In this document: positions 1 through 6,907 of the stretch, piece after piece
Position numbering within the stretch: position 1 is the first letter of the stretch
Layout: each line of letters starts with the position of its first letter
DNA from: a virus
Lineage: Duplodnaviria; Caudoviricetes
Length of the DNA: 24,013 nucleotides
Reading direction: 5' to 3' (one strand)
Virus record (IMG/VR): IMGVR_UViG_3300032235_000610
Span: 1 to 24,013 of that record
Notes under the pieces: generated by a model
Told to the model about the DNA's origin: nothing
Database searches by the model: none
The model's input: the letters and a program-made list of their open reading frames with translations, nothing else
Position numbers and translations under genes: made by a program

Positions 1-69
1 TGGAATAAGAGTAAGGGAATAATATTCGGAACCTTACTGCTATTGTTTTAAAATTAAACAAATTTAAAA

Positions 70-327
70 ATGAAATATATAATCATCTTAGCAATTTTAT
101 TAGCCTCATGTTCAAATGATGGCGTGGAAACCGTAAAGACCACAGATGGTCTTAAGGTTAAAACTACTAGTATGTACTCCAATACTTATCCAGAGTATGT
201 AAAAGGAGATACTGTTATTATCTGGAGAGCTATTCAATCCAGATCTTCAAATTGGTATATCAGTGTTACTGATGTTAATATACACGAATCAGACCTTATT
301 GAATTTAAAAAGGGTGTGATTCAATGA
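70..327 (+). CDS. putative lipoprotein
   Basis: Signal peptide MKYIIILAILLASC with an LASC lipobox. Confidence 0.6.
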   Translation: MKYIIILAILLASCSNDGVETVKTTDGLKVKTTSMYSNTYPEYVKGDTVIIWRAIQSRSSNWYISVTDVNIHESDLIEFKKGVIQ

Positions 328-551
328 TAACTAAAAAAATTTTAGAAGACAATGAAAAATATACCTTTGCTCATTGGACTGGTAATACTAAATTTACTGG
401 TTGTCAATGTATTAAAGACTGTTATTGTGCTAATAATTTCATTAGTGAATCAGTAAATCATTACACAGTTAAAAGAAAATTAGGCAAAAAGCCTAAAAGA
501 TTTCAATTTGAATCAATGCAACAAGCATTGGTTTTTATTGAATCTTTATGA
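324..551 (+). CDS. hypothetical protein (Cys-rich CQCxxxCxC)
   Basis: ORF coupled to the upstream gene by an ATGA overlap. Confidence 0.7.
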   Translation: MITKKILEDNEKYTFAHWTGNTKFTGCQCIKDCYCANNFISESVNHYTVKRKLGKKPKRFQFESMQQALVFIESL

Positions 552-622
552 TATTGGATTGCATGCTCCAAGTATTTGTAGGTAGTATTTTAACCTTCAG
601 CTTCAACCTGCTACACGGTCAT

Positions 623-644
623 AAAGGGTAACCAAGCCTTTTTT
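623..644 (+). terminator. weak intrinsic terminator-like hairpin
   Basis: AAAGG/CCTTT stem followed by a T run. Confidence 0.35.
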
Positions 645-648
645 AATA

Positions 649-1230
649 ATGTCAGAAATAAAAGATATATCAATTGATGGACCAGGTAGTCCTATATCAT
701 TGAAAAAGGTAATGGAACAAGTAGAACCAAAACCATTTACATTATTTGTAGATGGCTCTGGTTGTGGTATAGCACAAGATGATGAAAGTCTTATTTATAT
801 AACTCCATCTGAGTGTTCTTCTCAAGCTTTGTATTATAGTAAATCTGTATTTGATGGTAAACGTATTCCTGCTTATCTATATAGATATTTAGGATTTATG
901 TTTGGAATTGGTAAGGATTACCAAACAGATGAAGAACTTGTTAAGGATTTTACAGATGGTACACTTACCGAAGAATCTCCTGATTATAAACAAATCCTTA
1001 ATCTCATTAAGTACTGTGAGTATAATGATGAAGCAAAACAAGTTATTGGATTAATACAGCTTGTTGGTGGTGCTCTTAATATGGCTAAAAAGCTAATGAT
1101 AGGAGTTAAACTATACATTGATAAGCCGGAAACATCTTTGCATCCTAATAAACAATCAAAGATACCAACTCTATTGATAAGACTTAGAGATAGATATGGC
1201 TTTGATGAATCTACATTTAAAGAATCATAA
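649..1230 (+). CDS. hypothetical protein with ABC-ATPase-like Walker B/D-loop remnant
   Basis: LYIDKPETSLHPNKQ resembles the IEEPExHLHPxxQ motif of AAA_15/AAA_21 ATPases; no intact Walker A. Confidence 0.5.
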   Translation: MSEIKDISIDGPGSPISLKKVMEQVEPKPFTLFVDGSGCGIAQDDESLIYITPSECSSQALYYSKSVFDGKRIPAYLYRYLGFMFGIGKDYQTDEELVKDFTDGTLTEESPDYKQILNLIKYCEYNDEAKQVIGLIQLVGGALNMAKKLMIGVKLYIDKPETSLHPNKQSKIPTLLIRLRDRYGFDESTFKES

Positions 1231-1242
1231 ACAAAAAATAAA

Positions 1243-1911
1243 ATGAACGATTTACAATTAACCAAAGAAAGTATTGCCAATGAGGGCATCGAAATCAAAA
1301 TTACTCAAGCAGATGTTATTGATGCTTTAGTAGATGATCAAATGGAGATTATCTTGAATAGATATGAAGACATTCAAGCAAAATCTGATTACCTTTATCA
1401 AAAGCGTGAGCAGATTAAAAATGATGCTCGTGATAAAGCATTTGAAGAAGCAAAGAAAAAACTTCCTAAAAATATCAAAATTATGGAAGGCGTTGAAGTT
1501 CATACTTATCAAAAACATTTAGCCAATGAAAAAAGCATTGAATTTTTGCATTTGAGTAAATACACAAGTAATAATGGTATTATTGAGTTTAGAAAAGGAC
1601 AAAACTCTGATCTTTATTCTTGTACTATTACTAGTGACGCTTCAATTTATATTGATGTTCAAGTTAAAGATTTGAAGATTGTAGGTTCAATTCTGAAATT
1701 TGAATTTTCTTTTAAATATCCTGCTTCTTTTATTAAAGAAGTTAAGGAAAATAATAAAGTTGTTAGACAATTTCTTGAAGAATTTCCAGAACCAATCAGT
1801 CCTTCCAAAATTAGTAAAACTATCAAAAATAAGTTTACTAAAGAGATCCTTAGAACTTCATCTCCTGATTTCAAAAAGAAATTGAAAGCAGGATTTGGGT
1901 TAACTTTGTAA
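1243..1911 (+). CDS. hypothetical protein
   Basis: 222-aa ORF with A-rich start context. Confidence 0.8.
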   Translation: MNDLQLTKESIANEGIEIKITQADVIDALVDDQMEIILNRYEDIQAKSDYLYQKREQIKNDARDKAFEEAKKKLPKNIKIMEGVEVHTYQKHLANEKSIEFLHLSKYTSNNGIIEFRKGQNSDLYSCTITSDASIYIDVQVKDLKIVGSILKFEFSFKYPASFIKEVKENNKVVRQFLEEFPEPISPSKISKTIKNKFTKEILRTSSPDFKKKLKAGFGLTL

Positions 1912-1987
1912 AGGCAGAGAATGCCAATAGTTATCATCCATTTTAGATGTATGCCGCAAGTGCAGATGGTAACTCAATTTAAATAAA

Positions 1988-2167
1988 ATGAAAAAATTAA
2001 TATTTGCCTTATGTCTTATCTTCTCAATAGTGATGATAGGAGTTGGTTTTGCCTATGCCAATGCATTAACAGTAATAGGTGCTATTTTGTCAACCATGAC
2101 TTTTGGTTCATTATTGTGGTTTACTCTTAAAGAAGAAGTTGAACGTAAAACCCACATGAAACTATGA
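1988..2167 (+). CDS. small two-TM membrane protein (not in ORF track)
   Basis: 59 aa, MKKLIFALCLIFSIVMIGVG..., AAAATG start, ATGA overlap with the next gene. Confidence 0.7.
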   Translation: MKKLIFALCLIFSIVMIGVGFAYANALTVIGAILSTMTFGSLLWFTLKEEVERKTHMKL

Positions 2168-2433
2168 ATTTTAAAGAATTTAAAAGTTATGAGATTCATG
2201 AAGGTATTCAATATCTTCATTTCTTTCCAAATGGCTACGGAGTATCTATCGTAAGACATAATTTCTCATATGGTCATGAACGAGGTTTATGGGAAATGGC
2301 AGTAATGAAAGGTACTGAAGAAAAGCATGACATTACATATGATACTCCTGTTACAAATGATGTAATGGGTTATCTTAATGAGGATGAGGTTAATGACTAC
2401 GTTAAACAAGTAAGCGAATTACCAGAAGAATAA
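2164..2433 (+). CDS. conserved phage hypothetical protein
   Basis: FPNGYGVSIV...SYG...GLWEMAV...YDTPVTNDVMGYL pattern, recalled as a widespread phage family of unknown function. Confidence 0.8.
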   Translation: MNFKEFKSYEIHEGIQYLHFFPNGYGVSIVRHNFSYGHERGLWEMAVMKGTEEKHDITYDTPVTNDVMGYLNEDEVNDYVKQVSELPEE

Positions 2434-2512
2434 ATTTATTGCATGCAAATCACAACCATGTAGTACTCATATTTTGAATGGAATGGGCAGAGTTGTGACT
2501 GCCCAATTTTTT
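2431..2512 (+). ncRNA. kissing-loop small RNA, copy A (ends in an intrinsic terminator)
   Basis: Hairpin 2438-2464 whose loop TCACAAC (2450-56) is complementary to GTTGTGA (2492-98) in the loop of terminator hairpin TGGGCAG/CTGCCCA plus T tract. Confidence 0.6.
2484..2512 (+). terminator. intrinsic terminator
   Basis: TGGGCAG-8nt-CTGCCCA-ATTTTTT. Confidence 0.75.
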
Positions 2513-2519
2513 AAATAAC

Positions 2520-2696
2520 ATGAAGATTAAAATATATATCAAACATCTTTGGAAAAAACTATTTGTTCTTCCTAGTAATGGTCCTTTTAGAATCTACAGA
2601 GATATAAGAGACCTGAGACGCCAGTACAGATTGGAAAAAATTAGAAAAGAAAAAGCACGCATTGCTGCAATTTACGATTTAAGTGAAATGGATTAA
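2520..2696 (+). CDS. small basic hypothetical protein (not in ORF track)
   Basis: 58-aa ORF MKIKIYIKHLW... filling the gap between genes. Confidence 0.55.
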   Translation: MKIKIYIKHLWKKLFVLPSNGPFRIYRDIRDLRRQYRLEKIRKEKARIAAIYDLSEMD

Positions 2697-2703
2697 AAAT
2701 AAA

Positions 2704-2970
2704 ATGAAAAATTATTTAGCTTTAATATTAATGGCAGGTATAATATGCCTGAGCTACTGTTCCTACAAGGTAGGACGTTCAGTAGAAAAATATGAAATGG
2801 GTGTTCCGGAATTACAGAAGAAATATGTTAAGATGCATGGTTGTGATACCGGCAAACTTGAGTATATCTTTGGTGAGCAGGAACAAGGTTATTATAACCA
2901 CGAGTGCTATGACACTACACATTTAACATGTGATAGTGAATGTGTATGCGATGGATTAGATTGTAAATAA
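2704..2970 (+). CDS. exported or membrane-anchored Cys-rich hypothetical protein
   Basis: Start moved to AAAATG at 2704; hydrophobic N-terminus; C-terminal CDSECVCDGLDC. Confidence 0.65.
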   Translation: MKNYLALILMAGIICLSYCSYKVGRSVEKYEMGVPELQKKYVKMHGCDTGKLEYIFGEQEQGYYNHECYDTTHLTCDSECVCDGLDCK

Positions 2971-2989
2971 AATAAAACATTCAGATCTT

Positions 2990-3178
2990 ATGGTTTTACA
3001 TAAAATTAAATACAAGCACATCGGAATTATGTTTATTTTAGCTGGTGCTATTAGTGGTTATTGGACTATTAACCCAAAAACTGTAATTTTAGGTGCTATT
3101 TCTTTTGTATGTTGTTTTATAGTATTAATTGCAATTATTGGTACAATAATACATAAATGGAATAAAACAATATTATGA
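2990..3178 (+). CDS. small two-TM membrane protein
   Basis: Two hydrophobic stretches. Confidence 0.65.
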   Translation: MVLHKIKYKHIGIMFILAGAISGYWTINPKTVILGAISFVCCFIVLIAIIGTIIHKWNKTIL

Positions 3179-3378
3179 TTTATTTATTATTCTATTTAAT
3201 CGGGTATATTATTGCATACTATTTATGTAAGCAATTGAGAAACATGGAAGATTCAAATGAATGGAAAGATGTAGAAATGTCTTTTCTCATTTCAAGTCTT
3301 TCATGGTTAGCTATAGTTATTCTTCTGGTTGGTATCGCAATGAGCCACAAAGGCCGGAAGCCTCCTAAAGGATTATAA
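3175..3378 (+). CDS. small two-TM membrane protein
   Basis: Two hydrophobic stretches; ATGA overlap. Confidence 0.65.
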   Translation: MIYLLFYLIGYIIAYYLCKQLRNMEDSNEWKDVEMSFLISSLSWLAIVILLVGIAMSHKGRKPPKGL

Positions 3379-3456
3379 AAAGAATAGTGACAAAGGTAAG
3401 ACAATGTTTGTCCTTGTTAATGCTCACTATGAAGAACAGCTATTCTTTTTATTTCC

Positions 3457-3544
3457 TAAACTTATTTCTACAACTGTGACTGTAGGAGTTTTTCATTTTA
3501 TAATTGTGATTTCCAGGGGTAGAGTCATAGCTACCCCATTTTTT
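3457..3544 (+). ncRNA. kissing-loop small RNA, copy B (ends in an intrinsic terminator)
   Basis: Hairpin 3464-3489 whose loop CTGTGAC (3474-80) pairs with GTCATAG (3524-30) in the loop of terminator GGGGTAG/CTACCCC plus T tract; same architecture as 2431-2512. Confidence 0.6.
3516..3544 (+). terminator. intrinsic terminator
   Basis: GGGGTAG-8nt-CTACCCC followed by A and a T run. Confidence 0.75.
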
Positions 3545-3548
3545 CATT

Positions 3549-3839
3549 ATGACAGAAAGACAAGAATTGAAATTCAATAGGTTATGTTATAAATTAAGAA
3601 TATATGACCCAAGATTTGGATATAATTCTCAATGTAGTGGCTATAAGAAACTTAAAGAACTTATAGAATCAGGTGTACCTGCAGCTACTAGAGAAGAATA
3701 TTTACATTGGAAAGATCATCCAATTAAAGAAGAGTTAAATTCTTTCAATGAATATAAATACTTACTTTTTTTACATCCTCATGTAGCAGAAATCCTTAGA
3801 CACGACTGGGAATCAATTATAAAATTTATAAATTCATAA
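3549..3839 (+). CDS. hypothetical protein
   Basis: ORF in the co-directional gene run. Confidence 0.7.
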   Translation: MTERQELKFNRLCYKLRIYDPRFGYNSQCSGYKKLKELIESGVPAATREEYLHWKDHPIKEELNSFNEYKYLLFLHPHVAEILRHDWESIIKFINS

Positions 3840-3841
3840 AA

Positions 3842-4192
3842 ATGCCAAAATTAACAAAAACAACAGAAATGAAAGCACTTGAGCTTTTAAAATCAAACAA
3901 AACAGTTGCAGAACGTGCAGAAAATTATGCAACTGCAGTTAAGCGTAACATTCAAAGAGATGTTATTGACACACTAACAGCAAGAAAAGAAAGCATCGAT
4001 GATGAACTTTTTGAGCTAACCAACTTTAATCTTGAAACAGACAAAAACAGAGGTTATGAAGCAATGACCAAAGATTCTGTTGAAGCTCGTTTCAAGAAAA
4101 TCATTAACCTTGAGTATGAGCTCAAATTGATTACTCTTGAGTTGACCGCAAAACAAGAATCATTTGATAAATACTTCGGAGATGGCAACTAA
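3842..4192 (+). CDS. hypothetical coiled-coil protein
   Basis: Helical, E/K/L-rich ORF. Confidence 0.75.
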   Translation: MPKLTKTTEMKALELLKSNKTVAERAENYATAVKRNIQRDVIDTLTARKESIDDELFELTNFNLETDKNRGYEAMTKDSVEARFKKIINLEYELKLITLELTAKQESFDKYFGDGN

Positions 4193-4658
4193 AAGAATTT
4201 ACATCAGTTGTCCAATTTCAGTTGATGAAGATATCTTAGGTGTTTTTCATGGAGTAATTGATGATCATGTAAATTTCGCAGCTGAATCATGGGATAGAAG
4301 GTCAAAATACAGTAATAAAGATCTTTTAAGATCAGATGGTGTATTATTTATTTTACCAAGGGTTCAATTTGACTGTAATATTACTAGTTTACCTACAGGA
4401 GTTAAAAGTGAATTGGACTTAGCAATTAAAAATAATAAACCAATCTTTATTGGTTATATAACCAGAATTGGTGTAGCTAATATTTATAATGCAAAAATAG
4501 TTGGATATACTATTATGGGTGTTTCATGTACTTCAGGAGAAATTTTCAAACATGATTTTGACTTAACTCTTTCAAAAACATCTGGACATATCCAAGAAGA
4601 AAGAGTTGTAGCAGTATTAGATTCAGTTATGGATAAGAGATTATTGCTAATGCTATAA
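4182..4658 (+). CDS. nucleoside 2-deoxyribosyltransferase/DUF4406-like (NDT/TIR-like fold) protein
   Basis: RIYISCP ... SDGVLFIL ... TGVKSELDLAIKNNKPIFI pattern; start moved to ATG 4182. Confidence 0.5.
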   Translation: MATKRIYISCPISVDEDILGVFHGVIDDHVNFAAESWDRRSKYSNKDLLRSDGVLFILPRVQFDCNITSLPTGVKSELDLAIKNNKPIFIGYITRIGVANIYNAKIVGYTIMGVSCTSGEIFKHDFDLTLSKTSGHIQEERVVAVLDSVMDKRLLLML

Positions 4659-4800
4659 GATCCGGACTCATAATAAATCAAGACAACTTCTTGGGTAGAT
4701 TTATGTGGGTAAACAACCAGTCACTGTAGTGCCTACGGGCTTGTGTGAACTGAGAAGCCTAATACTAATCAGACATCGGGTGAGTGTGTCAGATTTTTAT

Positions 4801-4947
4801 AGTCAAGTGGCGGAACCGGTAGACGCTAATATGTGCCTATAGAGTGAATGACATAAGAGGTGTTCTCAACAATGAATCCCTGTTGCAACAGGCCAAGTTC
4901 ACCCATTGTTGAAGTGACTCGTGCAAGTTCGAATCTTGTCTTGACTA
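4801..4947 (+). ncRNA. tRNA-like RNA with expanded anticodon/variable region (147 nt)
   Basis: Acceptor AGTCAAG/CTTGACT, Leu-like D arm GCGGAACCGGTAGACGC, T arm GCAAG-TTCGAAT-CTTGT; no 7-nt anticodon loop. Confidence 0.75.
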
Positions 4948-5010
4948 CAGCGCAGTTTTTTTTACTACTTTGGGATCTGCGGATACTAAGAACAAAAACA
5001 AAAGTAACAT

Positions 5011-5107
5011 AGCCAAGTGGCGTATTGGATACGTACCAAGTCCGAGACACTTCTAGTGGAGTAGGCATTCAAAAGGGTGATAGTAGGTTCGATTCCTACC
5101 TTGGCTA
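5011..5107 (+). ncRNA. tRNA-like RNA lacking a canonical anticodon arm (97 nt)
   Basis: Acceptor AGCCAAG/CTTGGCT, D arm GCGT-ATTGGAT-ACGT, T arm GTAGG-TTCGATT-CCTAC. Confidence 0.75.
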
Positions 5108-5197
5108 CAATATCGCAGGAATACGAGGGGCGAGAATTGTACACAGAAAACTCGTATTGACTGATAACAAGGGATACTATCTTAAGTCCAAAGATAA

Positions 5198-5266
5198 AAA
5201 GGAGTGATTAACCTAATAATAATGGAAACTGATTTAGTTAAGTGGGGTTCGATTCCCCACCTTTCA
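5198..5266 (+). ncRNA. degenerate tRNA-like element (intact T arm)
   Basis: GTGGGG-TTCGATT-CCCCAC at 5242-5260; only partial acceptor pairing AAAGG/CCTTT. Confidence 0.4.
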
Positions 5267-5283
5267 ACAAATTAAAAAATAAA

Positions 5284-5556
5284 ATGGAAATTAGAACAGA
5301 CTTATTAGGTAGAACACCTAGAATTGGCGACAAGGTTGCCTGGAACCCTTCTCATCACAAGGGATTAGTATTTGGTGAAGTTGTTGATTTTAAAAAGGGT
5401 AGTAACTTACCCATGGTTAGAATTGATGATCAATTTAAAGGGAAACATTACGGAAGATCAGCCGGTGTTTTAGATGGTAATGAAGTTTTTGTACCAAAGA
5501 CAGGTTTTGTAATTGCAGATACTATAATCAAAGTTAAAGATGAAAGTAATAATTGA
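5284..5556 (+). CDS. hypothetical protein (SH3/KOW-like IGDKV motif)
   Basis: DLLGRTPRIGDKVAW; start moved to AAAATG 5284 because the track's GTG start lies inside a T-arm hairpin. Confidence 0.7.
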   Translation: MEIRTDLLGRTPRIGDKVAWNPSHHKGLVFGEVVDFKKGSNLPMVRIDDQFKGKHYGRSAGVLDGNEVFVPKTGFVIADTIIKVKDESNN

Positions 5557-5740
5557 AATTCTCTTAGGTATTTTTGCTATAGTAATGTTAAAAGAATCTT
5601 TGATTCTATTCTTTTGTATGTGGTGGTCACAAAAGAAACAACTTGAATATCCATTGAGTCATTTTGGTAAGCCTGCATTACTTTCTTTGGCTACATTTGC
5701 TATGACATTATTTATAATGAAAATAATCTATTTAAAATGA
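5540..5740 (+). CDS. small membrane protein
   Basis: Two hydrophobic segments. Confidence 0.65.
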   Translation: MKVIIEILLGIFAIVMLKESLILFFCMWWSQKKQLEYPLSHFGKPALLSLATFAMTLFIMKIIYLK

Positions 5741-6024
5741 AAGAAGTAATTTGCATAAAGAATCACTCAAAGAATGTAGTAGTAAAAGATAAAATCTATA
5801 CTGTATATTCTATTTTAGAAATAACTTGTAACTGTGGTCCAAAAACTCTTTATGATGTAGGTGTTATAAATAATGCTGAAAGTAAAAGAGTAGAATGCCC
5901 AGAATGTAAAAAGACTTTACCACCTTCAGATATTCATTGGATAACATCTGAACTATTTGCTGATTTAGCAGATATAAGTGAGTTACAAGAGATATTAACT
6001 AAAGAATTAAGTATCGGTCAATAG
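5737..6024 (+). CDS. hypothetical zinc-ribbon protein
   Basis: CNC ... CPEC motifs. Confidence 0.65.
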   Translation: MKEVICIKNHSKNVVVKDKIYTVYSILEITCNCGPKTLYDVGVINNAESKRVECPECKKTLPPSDIHWITSELFADLADISELQEILTKELSIGQ

Positions 6025-6036
6025 CCGATACTTTTT
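6009..6036 (+). terminator. intrinsic terminator
   Basis: AAGTATCGG/CCGATACTT stem plus T run, overlapping the stop codon of the upstream ORF. Confidence 0.65.
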
Positions 6037-6039
6037 ATT

Positions 6040-6906
6040 ATGAAAAAAACAGAATTTAAAAATAGAAAAAGTATGATTATCCGAGAAAGTGGAAGATCTA
6101 CTGACTTTTTAAGTCCTTCATTTATAATGGGTTGTGGATTTGAATGCACTTATTGTTATTGCAAGAGACATAAGCCAGAAGGCTTAGACATCGCAAAAAA
6201 TATAGGAGATATATTATCTGCAATTAACAATCACAGTTTATTTACTGTAATAGAAAAACCAAATCAGACTCATGAAAAGTTTATAAGCTATGATCTCGGT
6301 TGTAATACCGATGTAGCATTACATGCTAAGCAAATGCATTATAAAGATATATTTGATTTCTTTAAGAATCATGAGAAAGCCATGGGTTCATTTGCAACTA
6401 AATATGTTAATAAAGAACTTCTTAGTTATAATCCAAATCGTAAAATAAGGATTAGATTTTCTCTTATGCCTCAGAAATATTCTGATTTATTGGAACCCAA
6501 TACATCTCTTATTTCTGATAGACTCAAAGCTATCAATGATTTCATTGAGGCTGGTTATTGTGTACATGTTAATTTTTCTCCTGTAATTATAGCAGATGAT
6601 TGGTTACAAGAATATGAAAGATTATTTTTAGATTTGAATAATGCGGTTAAAGATGAATATAAACCCTTGGTTAAGGCCGAAGTTATATTCCTTACTCACA
6701 ATGAGAAGAAACATGAATACAACTTGAAGAATGAATTATCTGGTGAAGAACTATTATGGCAACCGGAAGTTCAGGAAAATAAAACTTCTCAATATGGAGG
6801 AGAGAATATTAGATATAATCACATACTAAAAGCATTGTACATTGAATCATTCACAGACTTGCATAATAGTATAATACCTTGGAACACAATTAGATACATA
6901 TTTTAA
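6040..6906 (+). CDS. splB: spore photoproduct lyase-like radical SAM protein
   Basis: GCGFECTYCY (CxxxCxxC); DLGCNTD (equivalent to the SPL H-donor Cys motif); FATKY and RFSL motifs. Confidence 0.8.
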   Translation: MKKTEFKNRKSMIIRESGRSTDFLSPSFIMGCGFECTYCYCKRHKPEGLDIAKNIGDILSAINNHSLFTVIEKPNQTHEKFISYDLGCNTDVALHAKQMHYKDIFDFFKNHEKAMGSFATKYVNKELLSYNPNRKIRIRFSLMPQKYSDLLEPNTSLISDRLKAINDFIEAGYCVHVNFSPVIIADDWLQEYERLFLDLNNAVKDEYKPLVKAEVIFLTHNEKKHEYNLKNELSGEELLWQPEVQENKTSQYGGENIRYNHILKALYIESFTDLHNSIIPWNTIRYIF

Positions 6907-6907
6907 A

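Noticed and set aside
1-51. 3' end of an upstream CDS (...GTLLLLF*)
   Set aside because: Too short to determine the frame or product
4720-4760. Hammerhead ribozyme (CTGAGAA)
   Set aside because: Does not match CUGANGA and lacks a suitably placed GAAA
4801-5107. Calling these standard tRNA-Leu/Ser genes or intron-containing tRNAs
   Set aside because: No 5-bp stem with a 7-nt anticodon loop at the expected position; the inserts are too short and lack self-splicing intron cores
5025-5207. 60-aa ORF MDTYQVRD...
   Set aside because: TTG start inside a tRNA-like D loop, and the ORF runs across structured RNA
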